From IMG/VR virus record IMGVR_UViG_3300037487_000968, positions 77,280-141,279 of that record: a stretch of 64,000 nucleotides of DNA; one strand, written 5' to 3'. This DNA is from a virus. Taxonomy: Duplodnaviria; Heunggongvirae; Uroviricota; Caudoviricetes. The position numbers were made by a program, and so were the translations under genes. Below are positions 1 through 10,850 of the stretch, one piece after another. The notes beneath the pieces are model-generated. The model made no database searches. It saw only the letters and a list, made by a program, of their open reading frames with translations, and was not told the DNA's origin. How positions within the stretch are numbered: the stretch's first letter is position 1; each line of letters starts with the position of its first letter.

Positions 1-2
1 GA

Positions 3-761
3 GCTCTTCTAAATCCATTATGTATGCCCGCTAATGTTGTTCATAAAGGCAACTTTCTTATATATGATTATGCTGTTGGCGAAACACTATATACATGCCT
101 CACACCTGAATTATTTAACAAATTTATGAATTGGGCAGAAACAAAATTATGGAATCATGCAGGGACATTCGGTGATACATTTGGATATGCAGATAAGTTT
201 TATCATAAGAAAACATTAGAGCGTCTAGAAAAATTTAGAGTAAAATATAGTACGTGGGTAGAATTTTCTATAGTAAACGGCCGAGATGTAAAAACAATAA
301 AAGAATACATGTCTGAAATCGACTTCACATGGCTAGCATCAGAAACAGAATGGAGATTTACTCACGGGGATATGCAGTTTGATAATATTATATATAATTC
401 TATAACCGAACAATTTACAGCGATAGATTGGAGGACAGATTTTGCAGGAGACCAATACGGCGACATGTATTATGATTTAGCCAAGATGCTAGGTGGTCTA
501 TACCTAAGTTATAAATCTATAAAAGAAGATAAGTTTAGTTATGAAGAAAATGATGATCAGGCTATCATCGACTTCCCTTCAGTTGATCATGTAAATATAT
601 ATGTATCACAATTGCAGGAACGGGTTATGGCAATGGGTTATGATTGGCAAAAAGTAAAAACACTCGTGCCTATTATATATCTTAACATGGCTCCCTTACA
701 TACCGCACCTTTTGATAAATTCTTAATCGCATTGGCACAACTTTTCTTCTCGCAACTATGA
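3..761 (+). CDS. APH/choline-kinase-like phosphotransferase (5' partial; frame open to window edge)
   Basis: HGDMQFDN and IDWR kinase motifs, YDLAK; no stop upstream of ATG at 24. Confidence 0.75.
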   Translation, partial: ALLNPLCMPANVVHKGNFLIYDYAVGETLYTCLTPELFNKFMNWAETKLWNHAGTFGDTFGYADKFYHKKTLERLEKFRVKYSTWVEFSIVNGRDVKTIKEYMSEIDFTWLASETEWRFTHGDMQFDNIIYNSITEQFTAIDWRTDFAGDQYGDMYYDLAKMLGGLYLSYKSIKEDKFSYEENDDQAIIDFPSVDHVNIYVSQLQERVMAMGYDWQKVKTLVPIIYLNMAPLHTAPFDKFLIALAQLFFSQL

Positions 762-1453
762 GTCAGTTTTTCAGTTTAAGTAGATATCCTGGCAAGACAG
801 GAGAGTACTTCTTTAACTCAATGTTCAAGAAATTTAGCATGCCTCATACATATACAGCTCTAGCATGTGATAATATTGCCGACGGTGTTAAAGATATGGC
901 AGAAAGAAATGCTGCAGGATTTAGTGTTAGTATGCCATTTAAATCCGATGTAATAAAAGAAATAAACTTTATCGAAAATACAGTAGCTCGGTTTAATAGC
1001 TGTAACACTGTTTATCATGCGTCCGATGGATGGCACGGATACAATACAGATTACTTTGGTGCATATCATGTACTTCAACAGGTACCCAATAATGCAAAAG
1101 TATCCATCCTTGGCGACGGTGTTATGGGATCAATGTTTAAGAAAATATTAGGTGATGGAGCAACCATATATGCAAGAAAGTTAGGTAATTGGGAACAGAG
1201 ATATAGGGCCGATGATGTCATAATTAATTGTACATCTTTTGGTACAGCAAGAGAGGATTCACCCTTCAACATTCTTCCGTCTGCAAATCTAATAATAGAT
1301 CTTGCAATCAAATCAAATCAGTTAGAACAACAATCTATTGCTGCAGATGTTAAATACACAGGCGGTATGGAATTCTATAAGCATCAGTTTATAAGACAGT
1401 TTGGAATTTATACAAAGAAAGTGATTACAATAGAAGATGTAAATAGCATATGA
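758..1453 (+). CDS. Shikimate dehydrogenase (AroE)-like protein
   Basis: SVSMPFK, GYNTD, LGDGVMG Rossmann motif, INCTSFG. Confidence 0.7.
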   Translation: MSQFFSLSRYPGKTGEYFFNSMFKKFSMPHTYTALACDNIADGVKDMAERNAAGFSVSMPFKSDVIKEINFIENTVARFNSCNTVYHASDGWHGYNTDYFGAYHVLQQVPNNAKVSILGDGVMGSMFKKILGDGATIYARKLGNWEQRYRADDVIINCTSFGTAREDSPFNILPSANLIIDLAIKSNQLEQQSIAADVKYTGGMEFYKHQFIRQFGIYTKKVITIEDVNSI

Positions 1454-1929
1454 TTAAACACATAGTAATGGATGTAGACGGTGTCCTTAATACAGGACAT
1501 TTTTTATATAGTGATAAAGGAAAGATATTTAAAGTCTTTGGTCCGCATGATAAAGATGGTATTAAAATTGCTCAAAAATTAGGTCTTACTATTGATTTCA
1601 TAACAGCTGATAAATCAGGATGGGAAATAACATGCGCTAGATTAATTAAAGATTGGGGATTCACAAAGACTAGTGTTCATTTAGTTACTGAAGAAGATAG
1701 AATGGCATGGATCGAAGAGAGGTATAACCCGGAAGAAGTGGCATATATAGGTGACGGAATTCACGATGCGCCTATATTACAAAAAGTAGCAATAGGCATT
1801 GCACCCAATAGTGCCAGAAGAGAAGCAAAGGAATCAGCTAACTATATTACAGAAAGCAATGCCGGTTCGGGTGCTGTTCTTGATGCTATTCTTATAATAC
1901 AAAAGATATTAACAAATGAAAAATTATAA
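1450..1929 (+). CDS. HAD phosphatase, KdsC/YrbI family
   Basis: DVDGVL motif I, YIGDGIHD motif IV, GxGAV tail. Confidence 0.8.
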   Translation: MIKHIVMDVDGVLNTGHFLYSDKGKIFKVFGPHDKDGIKIAQKLGLTIDFITADKSGWEITCARLIKDWGFTKTSVHLVTEEDRMAWIEERYNPEEVAYIGDGIHDAPILQKVAIGIAPNSARREAKESANYITESNAGSGAVLDAILIIQKILTNEKL

Positions 1930-2902
1930 ATTAGGTGTAGGCCCTATGAGTCGAGAGATTATCGGATGTATTAGCGAATATGGAGATCGCAATAATTTAA
2001 TGGTAGTCGCATCTCGTAATCAAGTTGATTATAATTCTGGTTATGTATGTACATCTACGGAATTAGCAGAATTAATACTTAATCCTGCTACACTTATTTG
2101 TAGAGATCATTGCGGGCCATACTTCAGTGATTCAGATAAGGGGTTATCTGTAAGTGATGCAATGGACGAATGTAAGAAAACTATAGAACAAGATATCAGC
2201 GCAGGGTTTGATCTTATACACATAGATGTTTCTAGAATACCCGATAAACAATTAATATATGCTAAAGAATTAATTGAATTCACCTTACATCTTAGTCCTA
2301 ATATTATGTTGGAATTTGGGAGTGAAAATAATACAGGGACAGATTTAGCACCTAGCATGGCTCGTATAGATGAACAACTAGATTTCATCGGTCAATACAA
2401 AGATAATATTGTATTTTTTGTAACACAAACCGGTAGTTTTACTCAACATACGCAGGTAGGATCGTTTGATATTGATTTTACTAAACTTTTGGCGAAGAAA
2501 ATACACGATGCAGGGTTTTTATTTAAAGAACATAATGCTGATTATCTTACTCATAGCGATGTCAAATTACGTGGTCCAGGTGGCGTTGATGCGCTAAATA
2601 TAGCACCCCAACTAGGTACCATCCAAACAAAGATTTTGAAGGAATTATCTAATAATAGTATCGCCTGGCAAGATTTTGCGAAGATAGTTTATAATTCGAA
2701 TCTCTGGACAAAATGGATACCGAAAAACATAAATGACCCGGCATTAGCGGTTATTGTTGCAGGACATTATATGTTTAACACACCACAATATAAACAGCTA
2801 ATGAGCACAATAGATAAAGAATTATTTATGGTACAATTGAAAAAAGAATTATTTAAAACATTAGATGTATATACAGGAGGTAATAATGACACTGCTCACT
2901 AA
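1916..2902 (+). CDS. Tagatose-bisphosphate aldolase GatZ/KbaZ-like TIM-barrel protein
   Basis: ASRNQVD, CRDHCGP, LIHID, KEHNADY, NIAPQLG. Confidence 0.65.
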   Translation: MKNYKLGVGPMSREIIGCISEYGDRNNLMVVASRNQVDYNSGYVCTSTELAELILNPATLICRDHCGPYFSDSDKGLSVSDAMDECKKTIEQDISAGFDLIHIDVSRIPDKQLIYAKELIEFTLHLSPNIMLEFGSENNTGTDLAPSMARIDEQLDFIGQYKDNIVFFVTQTGSFTQHTQVGSFDIDFTKLLAKKIHDAGFLFKEHNADYLTHSDVKLRGPGGVDALNIAPQLGTIQTKILKELSNNSIAWQDFAKIVYNSNLWTKWIPKNINDPALAVIVAGHYMFNTPQYKQLMSTIDKELFMVQLKKELFKTLDVYTGGNNDTAH

Positions 2903-3011
2903 GATTAGAGATTTTATCGTATACCGGTTATTTGGTAAATTGACTAGGGAAATTAAATATCGTAAACGATTAAAAGAAATGCGTAAACGCGACCCATTTA
3001 TCTACAAATAA
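2886..3011 (+). CDS. Small basic phage protein (41 aa, ends KRDPFIYK)
   Basis: Manual translation MTLLTKIRDF...LKEMRKRDPFIYK; below ORF-track cutoff. Confidence 0.65.
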   Translation: MTLLTKIRDFIVYRLFGKLTREIKYRKRLKEMRKRDPFIYK

Positions 3012-3034
3012 ACATCAATAATATACCGAACATT

Positions 3035-5218
3035 ATGCACGAATTAGAAATATATAAAAACACAAACGCAACGGCTCGTCCCATGGAACCTGACGCCGAT
3101 GTAAAACATCTTGCAATGTTACAGGCTATTGCGCCATTTGCCAAGAGCAAGGTTCAGAAGAATATGACTACAATCGATGTAGATTATGCTCATCGTAATA
3201 CAAAATTAATGCTTATTTTAATGCCAGAATGGGCAGAAATGTTTCCTCCGTTTAATTTAGCAAGATTATCAGCAGTTGCTAAAAAGGCCGGTTACAAAAC
3301 TAAATGCCTTGATCTTAATATAGCAGCATACAGAACTATGAGAGATCCGGTGAAGAGTGGAGCAATTGCATATGATCCATGGGATGGTACAAGAGAGTGG
3401 ACTTGGAGAGAAGCCACATATTATACTGATATCCATCCACATTTAGAGACATTATACAGAAATTATATAGAAGAGATTAAGAAATTTAATCCTACTGTTA
3501 TAGGCTTCACTATGTATTATTGTAATGAACAACCAGTCCTCTGGTTGGCCGCCGAATTAAAAAAGGCTATACCGGGTATTAAGTTAGTGGTTGGTGGCAG
3601 TAATATTCATAATAATAGTGGTAACTTTAAAGATAATGTATTTGATTACGTTGTTAGTGGCGAAGGCGAGATGATGATTCTAGAGATTCTAGAAGAAATT
3701 GAACAACATAAAACATACGATACCGTACAGATTAGACGCCAACCCGAAGAACAACGACTAAACCTTAATGAGTTACCGTTACCAGATTATACAGATTTTA
3801 ACTTTAATGAATATATGATGCCAAACGGCGTATGTAGTGAATTAAGCAGAGGGTGTACAGCAAAGTGTACATTCTGTGATGAAACACATTTCTGGAAATA
3901 TCGCCAGCGTATGGCGACAGATATACTGAAGGAAGTAGAATCGTTATACTATTCAAGAGGTACAGATGTTTTCTGGTTTATCGACAGCCTTGTTAATGGT
4001 AATTTAAACGAGCTAAGGGCATTTTGTAAAGGTGTTATAGCAAAAGAAATGAAGATACACTGGACAGGATATTGCAGATGTGATGGCAGAATGGATCTCG
4101 AATATTATCAAGATCTTGCAGATTCCGGGTGTACGATGTTAAATTACGGAATCGAATCTGGTAGCCAAAAAGTGCTCGATGATATGGATAAGGGTGTAAC
4201 CATTGCCGAAATGGAACAAAACCTAGCAAACGGAAAGAAGACAGGAGTGCAAGCATTTACCAACTGGATTGTTGGTTTTCCCACAGAGGACTACCAGGGA
4301 TTTGCTGATACAATAACATTTCTATGGCGTAACAGAAATCAAGGAATAGTTAACATAGCCGCAGGATTTGGTTATGGATTAGGTATGAATTCTATTATTG
4401 GACAAAATCCTGAAAAGTTTAATCTATTAGATCACAAATATTTAAATGGGTGGATTACAAGAGATTTTAAATTATCTAAATTTAATGTATTAATGCGTAT
4501 GAAGAGTTTTGCTATCTTCCTTCAACAATTAATAACAGAGAATCATGTCAATATTCCGCATAGAGAAAATCTGCCATTACGTCATTATAAGATTACGTTC
4601 AATAATCCGTTATTGCAGAAAGAAATAGAGTATGAACAATTCGATTACAATATTATTAAACCTAATATTAATCCACTTGCAGATAGTATAGTAAATGAAA
4701 TGTTTGTTTTATTTAGAATGCTGTGGAGAATGCGAGGGAGTTTTATTGCATCTGTTGTTTTTGATGAGAAATTAGATACCGAAGAATGGGGCGGCATGCT
4801 TACAGGGCCGTTTAGCTCGTCACACCTATTTTCAATAGATGACGCCGGGAACTGGGATGCAGATTTTTCTTTCGACTTTAAACAACCGCCTGCATTGGTA
4901 TACCCGGCGGATCCTATGACACCTAGGTCACCGTTTTTTGCTCAAGATTATTCACACGAATTATCAACTACAACAATTCGTGCAAAGAAGTTAGCACGAC
5001 CTAAATGGGGTGATGGCAGTAGAAGTCACGAAGAGTTTATGGATTTAATGGTTGAGGAACGGATGCTTAATAGTACCATTGATTTCTCATTCACTTATAA
5101 TTGGGTAGGATGCGGCTGCTGGGGGAATAATACCGATTACTTAATTTCTGTCCCTAATAAACATACAAACAAAGTGGCACAACAGACTGAAGATATACAC
5201 TATATTAATTTTAAATGA
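3035..5218 (+). CDS. Cobalamin-binding radical SAM enzyme
   Basis: CTAKCTFC (CxxxCxxC), N-terminal B12-binding-like domain (PPFNLARL, VVGGS), YGIESGS. Confidence 0.85.
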   Translation: MHELEIYKNTNATARPMEPDADVKHLAMLQAIAPFAKSKVQKNMTTIDVDYAHRNTKLMLILMPEWAEMFPPFNLARLSAVAKKAGYKTKCLDLNIAAYRTMRDPVKSGAIAYDPWDGTREWTWREATYYTDIHPHLETLYRNYIEEIKKFNPTVIGFTMYYCNEQPVLWLAAELKKAIPGIKLVVGGSNIHNNSGNFKDNVFDYVVSGEGEMMILEILEEIEQHKTYDTVQIRRQPEEQRLNLNELPLPDYTDFNFNEYMMPNGVCSELSRGCTAKCTFCDETHFWKYRQRMATDILKEVESLYYSRGTDVFWFIDSLVNGNLNELRAFCKGVIAKEMKIHWTGYCRCDGRMDLEYYQDLADSGCTMLNYGIESGSQKVLDDMDKGVTIAEMEQNLANGKKTGVQAFTNWIVGFPTEDYQGFADTITFLWRNRNQGIVNIAAGFGYGLGMNSIIGQNPEKFNLLDHKYLNGWITRDFKLSKFNVLMRMKSFAIFLQQLITENHVNIPHRENLPLRHYKITFNNPLLQKEIEYEQFDYNIIKPNINPLADSIVNEMFVLFRMLWRMRGSFIASVVFDEKLDTEEWGGMLTGPFSSSHLFSIDDAGNWDADFSFDFKQPPALVYPADPMTPRSPFFAQDYSHELSTTTIRAKKLARPKWGDGSRSHEEFMDLMVEERMLNSTIDFSFTYNWVGCGCWGNNTDYLISVPNKHTNKVAQQTEDIHYINFK

Positions 5219-5649
5219 TAATAAATTGTAATGGTGATAGTTTTGTATCGGGAGAAGAATTAGGCGACAACTCTTTTCCTAATTACCCTGGTAATTATCC
5301 AACTATACCCGATAAGAAATTAAGCGAAATAGTTCAATGGACTAATTTTATAAACACATTACCATTTGATCAAATATTAGAATTAAGAAATTTATATCGT
5401 ACTTTTGCATTGCAATATAATTGGCGGCCTTATAAATCGAACACGCCAAATACTGCATTAGATAACTTTAATGATTTAAAAGACCTTGTAGAATATTCAA
5501 AATTTAAATACTCGTTTGATATAAATGAAGTAGCATTAAATAGTAATATAAAAAATATATATTGTCCAAAAGGTCATTATATTGAACAGATACACGATTT
5601 GTTAGCTGAACAAATTAGTAATAAAATAGCTCATTTGGAGAATATATGA
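5215..5649 (+). CDS. Hypothetical protein with SGNH/GDS-like N-terminus, possibly internally deleted
   Basis: NGDSFVSG start and late H motif (KGHY); only 144 aa. Confidence 0.45.
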   Translation: MIINCNGDSFVSGEELGDNSFPNYPGNYPTIPDKKLSEIVQWTNFINTLPFDQILELRNLYRTFALQYNWRPYKSNTPNTALDNFNDLKDLVEYSKFKYSFDINEVALNSNIKNIYCPKGHYIEQIHDLLAEQISNKIAHLENI

Positions 5650-7118
5650 AAATAATATGGGGCATATGTGCGTTAAATCATGATGCATCAATTACTGTAA
5701 TGTGCGGCAACGAAATATTATTTGCAGGCCATGCTGAAAGATATTCACGAATTAAAAACGATCCGTATCTCAATAAAGAGTTAATTGCCGCAGCACAAAA
5801 ATTTGGAACACCGTCTGAACTAGTATGGTTTGAAAAACCATACTTAAAAAAGATGAGGCAGGCGTATGCAGGTCAGTGGCAAGAAGTTAAATCCATAACT
5901 CCATCTGCTTATCTTAAATCAGTAGGGCTAAACGGCATACCAATCAAGTATAGTTCGCACCATGCATCCCATGCGGCAGCCGGCTATTTTACCTCTCCAT
6001 TTAATAATGCTGCTATAGTTATAGTAGATGCTATAGGCGAATGGGATACTATTTCTATATGGCATGCTAAAGATAACGATATGAAGAAAGTGCATTCAGT
6101 TCGTTACCCAAGCTCATTAGGTTTATTCTACTCAGCGGTTACAGATCGTATCGGTTTAAAAGCTAACGAGGAAGAGTATATACTAATGGGAATGGCTGCG
6201 TACGGCGAGCCAATTTATTATGATGATTTGCGAAAAGATTTTATAGAAACTTGTATCGCACCCAATTTCACACTAAAAGAAAATCTCCATCGCGGCATGC
6301 GTTACTGGCGCCCAGATATTAAATCTGAGCAGGATTATATGAACCTAGCTGCTAGTATTCAAAAAATTACTGAAGAATTTATGTGTGACATAACTCGTTG
6401 GGCAAGTGAAAATATACCATCTAAGAACTTGGTATTAATGGGCGGGTGTGCATTAAATTGTGTAGCCAATGAAAAGTTAGCACGCCAAAATTTATTTAAC
6501 GATATCTGGATTATGCCGAATCCGGGTGATGCAGGTAGTTCTCTTGGGTGCATATTAGCTCACACTAAAGAAAAAGCGAACTGGGTAAATCCGTTTTTAG
6601 GCACTAGTATTAGACATATGTTTGATATTCAAGGGACCGTAGATGCATTGGTTAAGGGCGATATAATTGGTATAGCAACCGGTAAGGCAGAGTACGGTCC
6701 ACGGGCATTAGGTAACAGATCGCTCGTTGCTGATCCCAGAGGCAGCACTATTAAGGATAGGGTAAATGACATAAAGAAACGTCAGCGTTTCCGGCCATTT
6801 GCACCAATGGTGTTGGAACACGTGGCCCATGAATATTTCGATATGCCTGTAAAGACTTCACCATATATGCAGTATACGGCTAAATGTCTTCGGCCCGATC
6901 TTTATCCTGCGATATGTCATGTTGACGGAACTTCTCGGGTACAGACATTAAATTATAAACAGAACCCAGTTATGTTCAAAGTACTTGAAGAATTCTACAA
7001 AAGAACCGGTTGTCCTATTTTATTGAATACAAGTCTTAATATCAAAGGGGAACCACTGGTCGATACATGGGCTGATGCTATAAAATTTCAAAATAAATAT
7101 AAGATACAAATGTATTAA
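5646..7118 (+). CDS. Carbamoyltransferase, NodU/CmcH family
   Basis: NHDAS, HHASHAA, GGCALNC, GPRALGNRS, FRPFAP, HVDGTSRVQT, LNTSLN. Confidence 0.92.
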   Translation: MKIIWGICALNHDASITVMCGNEILFAGHAERYSRIKNDPYLNKELIAAAQKFGTPSELVWFEKPYLKKMRQAYAGQWQEVKSITPSAYLKSVGLNGIPIKYSSHHASHAAAGYFTSPFNNAAIVIVDAIGEWDTISIWHAKDNDMKKVHSVRYPSSLGLFYSAVTDRIGLKANEEEYILMGMAAYGEPIYYDDLRKDFIETCIAPNFTLKENLHRGMRYWRPDIKSEQDYMNLAASIQKITEEFMCDITRWASENIPSKNLVLMGGCALNCVANEKLARQNLFNDIWIMPNPGDAGSSLGCILAHTKEKANWVNPFLGTSIRHMFDIQGTVDALVKGDIIGIATGKAEYGPRALGNRSLVADPRGSTIKDRVNDIKKRQRFRPFAPMVLEHVAHEYFDMPVKTSPYMQYTAKCLRPDLYPAICHVDGTSRVQTLNYKQNPVMFKVLEEFYKRTGCPILLNTSLNIKGEPLVDTWADAIKFQNKYKIQMY

Positions 7119-7119
7119 T

Positions 7120-7356
7120 TTAAGATTCGTCTTTGGTTATTTTATCTAACTCTCGGCCAGCCCATTGATATATTTCACCAATAAGTTCACTTGCCTGTAA
7201 TGCCATAGCCGAGTGTTCTTCATCTAACCCGGGATGATCACTAAATGCTGTCTCGATATGATTACACAACATATGTGCCCTATCCATAATTTCAAAATAG
7301 AACCATTTATCAGGTACAACATCTTTATCAAATTCTTCGCTACGTAATAAGTCCAT
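7120..7356 (-). CDS. Hypothetical protein
   Basis: 78-aa ORF coupled to upstream gene. Confidence 0.6.
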   Translation of the reverse strand: MDLLRSEEFDKDVVPDKWFYFEIMDRAHMLCNHIETAFSDHPGLDEEHSAMALQASELIGEIYQWAGRELDKITKDES

Positions 7357-7844
7357 TATCTTCTCATCCTTGCTATTTCGATTGCTTCTTCACTGCTGAA
7401 TACAGGTTGTAAACAGCTCTTATGAAGAATGGCTATTCCAATCATTTTCGATCCCGTATACGTTGGCGACGGTTTGGACGAGCAGGGCCCTGTGACCCAG
7501 ACACCCAACGAGGGAATATTATTGACCACTTCCCTTGTAGACGTCGGGCAGCTGAAGCAATCATTGCCCACGGACTCGGCGAGTTTGCCTTGAGTAACCT
7601 TTTTGGGAGTGGGTGCCTGAACTGCTGAGTGAACTGACGTTTGCCTCTTCTCTTTTTTGCTGTGCCCATACACGAACTCCATATACTGTTCAAACGTCTC
7701 TTTAGGAAGATGCATATCTTTTAGACGTTGATTTCTATCGCGCCATCCACGTTCAAACTCTTCCTGTTTTGATTTTGTGATCTTTTCAACTCGCTTCTTA
7801 TAAGAAGTTGTCGTAAGTGCGGGACCGCACAGATGCATACTCAT
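7356..7844 (-). CDS. Conserved phage hypothetical protein
   Basis: 162 aa; C-terminus HKSCLQPVFSSEEAIEIARMRR recalls large-phage proteins. Confidence 0.65.
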   Translation of the reverse strand: MSMHLCGPALTTTSYKKRVEKITKSKQEEFERGWRDRNQRLKDMHLPKETFEQYMEFVYGHSKKEKRQTSVHSAVQAPTPKKVTQGKLAESVGNDCFSCPTSTREVVNNIPSLGVWVTGPCSSKPSPTYTGSKMIGIAILHKSCLQPVFSSEEAIEIARMRR

Positions 7845-8062
7845 AATCTAAACTGCTTCAATATTTTGTTTGCTATACTTATATCAGTGACATCTTCTTC
7901 GAGTAATGCAGACTTCACTTCTAGTTCTTCACTATATCGAGCTATTAATTCACTTGCGTAATCGATGTCATCACTACTTGTTTTATTATACCAATCTTTT
8001 AAAGTAGCCGTATCAATGCTTAAGAGGAAATCTAAATTACTTCTATCATAATTATTCATCAT
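7841..8062 (-). CDS. Hypothetical protein (start corrected, MMNNYDR)
   Basis: Overlaps the stop of the upstream gene. Confidence 0.6.
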   Translation of the reverse strand: MMNNYDRSNLDFLLSIDTATLKDWYNKTSSDDIDYASELIARYSEELEVKSALLEEDVTDISIANKILKQFRL

Positions 8063-8279
8063 CTCTCCCAACACATCTAACTGCCGCTGCTGCGCCATAA
8101 CACCCAGCGCCTGCGTCACCATCCGAATAACTTCGGGCATGGAGTTCTGCTGCTACCGCACATTCCTCAATTAGAAGTTTTGCAAACCTTGCCAAACTGG
8201 CATCATCTGCCTCTGAGTTACCTGCGCTCAATCTACATATAGTTGCCTGTCTGGCAAGCTCTTTAATCCGCTTATTCAT
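8052..8279 (-). CDS. 'MNxRIKEL...FA(E/K)LI.EC' family small protein
   Basis: Paralogue of 32818, 56407, 57365, 57586. Confidence 0.65.
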   Translation of the reverse strand: MNKRIKELARQATICRLSAGNSEADDASLARFAKLLIEECAVAAELHARSYSDGDAGAGCYGAAAAVRCVGRDDE

Positions 8280-8630
8280 TTTAAAATCCCCCAGCTTGCG
8301 CCACGTGGTTCTGTATCAAACCCGCAGTCTCTTAATTGTTTTGCTACCCACTCGGCAATCTCTTCGTTGGACTTACCGTGTAAATAGTTAGCCGCCACCA
8401 ATGCAATTTCAAATGTTATATCGATTAATTTTTGGTCATTCATCTGCATCATCCCAGTTAATATTTGGTTCTTCGAAGTCTGCCTTATAATAAATAATGA
8501 ACTCATCAATTTCATCACGTAATTCTTTGAGTTCGAGCTTAGTCACATAAAGTCTATCATCATTTCTATTCAGCATAATAACTGGTAGATTACTGCTAAT
8601 CCATTTTATGTGAGTTAGTTTATTAGACAT
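8276..8630 (-). other. Two small hypothetical CDSs (8276-8443, 8436-8630)
   Basis: Overlapping start/stop coupling. Confidence 0.55.
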
Positions 8631-8631
8631 G

Positions 8632-9144
8632 TTACTTTCTTTTCATCATTGCTAACATTTTTAATAATGCTTCGGCATTACCCTTAGCATCATCTACAGG
8701 GTTGTGAGTATGCTTTGTTTCTCGCAAGTGTTTAAATGTTGAATAAGTATCTCTTTCGATACCTTTGTAAAAGGAGCCGATGTTGGCAGATGACCACCCA
8801 AACGGGTTACGTCCAATCTGTTGCCAAAAATAATAGTTTATGAATGCAGCATCGTATCCATTATTATCAGACCAAAGGACTGGCCGCCCATCTACGTTCT
8901 TATTAAGCCATATTTCGAAGTTCTGCATAGCATCTCGTGGATCAGGAAACTTCATAGTTTCTTCACGAGAAAACCCGCTGATAGCAAGTGCTTCGGGTAT
9001 ATAAATTTCTGAAATTGGTTTTAATTGTGCGTAGAATGTGCGCTGTAATCCTGCCTCAACAATAACTGCTCCAAAGCAAATCATGCTGTGCATACCCGGG
9101 CAAGGTCCGTCGCTCTCTACATCCACTGAAACATTTCGACTCAT
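8632..9144 (-). CDS. DEDD-family 3'-5' exonuclease/exoribonuclease
   Basis: DVESDGP, DNNGYD, HNPVDDA motifs. Confidence 0.8.
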   Translation of the reverse strand: MSRNVSVDVESDGPCPGMHSMICFGAVIVEAGLQRTFYAQLKPISEIYIPEALAISGFSREETMKFPDPRDAMQNFEIWLNKNVDGRPVLWSDNNGYDAAFINYYFWQQIGRNPFGWSSANIGSFYKGIERDTYSTFKHLRETKHTHNPVDDAKGNAEALLKMLAMMKRK

Positions 9145-9192
9145 AAAAATACTTTCTATAAAAGTATAGTATAAACTAATCTGCCTGTTATG

Positions 9193-10516
9193 TCAAGGAG
9201 TCACAGTTCCGTTTACTGTATTCACAATAGGAATATGTGGTAATATCAGATACTGTAGATCAATTTGACTACGCGGGAAAGGTTGAAGTATAGCCTGACG
9301 AATCGAAGTGGCTGCACCATAGCGTACCATAAAGCTTGCTAGACCTAAGTTAGTTTCTTTATCAAACATTGTATAGATAAAGTTACCTAGTCCGTTGTTT
9401 AATGTCTGATAGTAGTAAACGTTAGGACCACCGTAATCACCGTAGGGAATCACCGAATTTGTGTTAATCGCGTTCACCACAGCAGCCACATTAGCATCTA
9501 GTGACACTGTGTTCTGATTTGTTGCTACTAGCAGATTTTGATATGGATATTGCATGAACTATTTATCAGCTCTTTTTAATTTATCAATAAGAAGTCTTAT
9601 GTCAACTAAGGTACCATTTATATTGACATATGAATTAACAAGAACACCTACAGCCACAACACCAAATATGAGTACAAATGTCATTGGGTAGGCTAACATA
9701 ATAAAGCAACATAATGCACCAAACACATCAATAATCTTACATGCTGATATGGCAGCACTTTCGTATTTGCCTAATTCTTCAGCTGACAATGCTTTTAATT
9801 GTTCAATAAATGCAGCTCTTCTACTCATGTATCACACCCTTCAATTTATAAAATTCTAATAGCTCAAAGAAGATCTCTGGATAATTCAAATAATGATACC
9901 CTATTGTTTCTTCAATATATCGTCTTGTTATCAACATAGTATCATCTACATTAATTACAGAGTCTATATAGTAGTGGAATGCCTCTAATAATGCGACCTG
10001 ATCATTGCGTATCAACTTAAAATATTTAAATCTATAATCGGGATTTTGTAATAAAGAATGTTGTATATAAAATTTGTGTCTTGAAATAAATGTTATAACA
10101 TCTATTTGATAATTTACCAATTCATTATTGAAGAGAATTAAACCGTATATACCTAAATCCTCATAGACCATCTTATCAAAAACATCAAAGGGCATAAACC
10201 CTAGCCAATTAAGTTCCGGATCAGAAACTAGCGAACCTGCAAGCATATTGTAGTTTGGAGTAATCTCATCTATACATTCCTGCATCATTATTTCAAATTG
10301 TGTTTGTGATTTGAATTTCCAGCCAAATGAAACTTTAAGTGATGAAGTATCATCAATTACATCTCTTAGATCTTGTACATTACCTCTTTCTCGACCAACT
10401 CTAGATACCAATCGCCGACGATTAAGCTGCTGCTCAACCGGCTCAATGATATCTAAGTTAATACATTTTAGAAAGTTGATATTGCATATTTGATTAGTTA
10501 TTACAAATCTATCCAT
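9193..10516 (-). other. Three hypothetical CDSs (9193-9555; 9559-9828 with TM segment; 9821-10516)
   Basis: ORF track, contiguous packing. Confidence 0.6.
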
Positions 10517-10528
10517 GCAATAGTAACT

Positions 10529-10702
10529 CTATGTCTTAACCGAATCTGTGAATAAACTCCACGCCAATAATGGAACCCACACTAATATAGTCCAACCTAA
10601 TAATATATTGATCAAAAAGCATGTTCGTTCACGTTTTGCATGTCTGTAATGTGCAACTAATGTTGGCACAAATACAATCAGCAGTAAGAAAATAATTTCC
10701 AT
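10529..10702 (-). CDS. imm: Superinfection immunity protein (T4 Imm family), 57 aa
   Basis: Manual translation ...FVPTLVAHYRH...FLINILLGWTILVWVPLLAWSL matches the Imm pattern. Confidence 0.75.
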   Translation of the reverse strand: MEIIFLLLIVFVPTLVAHYRHAKRERTCFLINILLGWTILVWVPLLAWSLFTDSVKT

Positions 10703-10850
10703 ATCTCTCCAATTAAGTTACGCTATTTATGCTTTTCTTCCAAATATTGCATTATTTAACAATTAATGCTATAATTAAATAGTTGGTAAGGTTGGTTGGG
10801 TCTGCGGCGTCAGAAGGACGCGCCGTTAGCGCAAATTTTTCTAACCGGTT

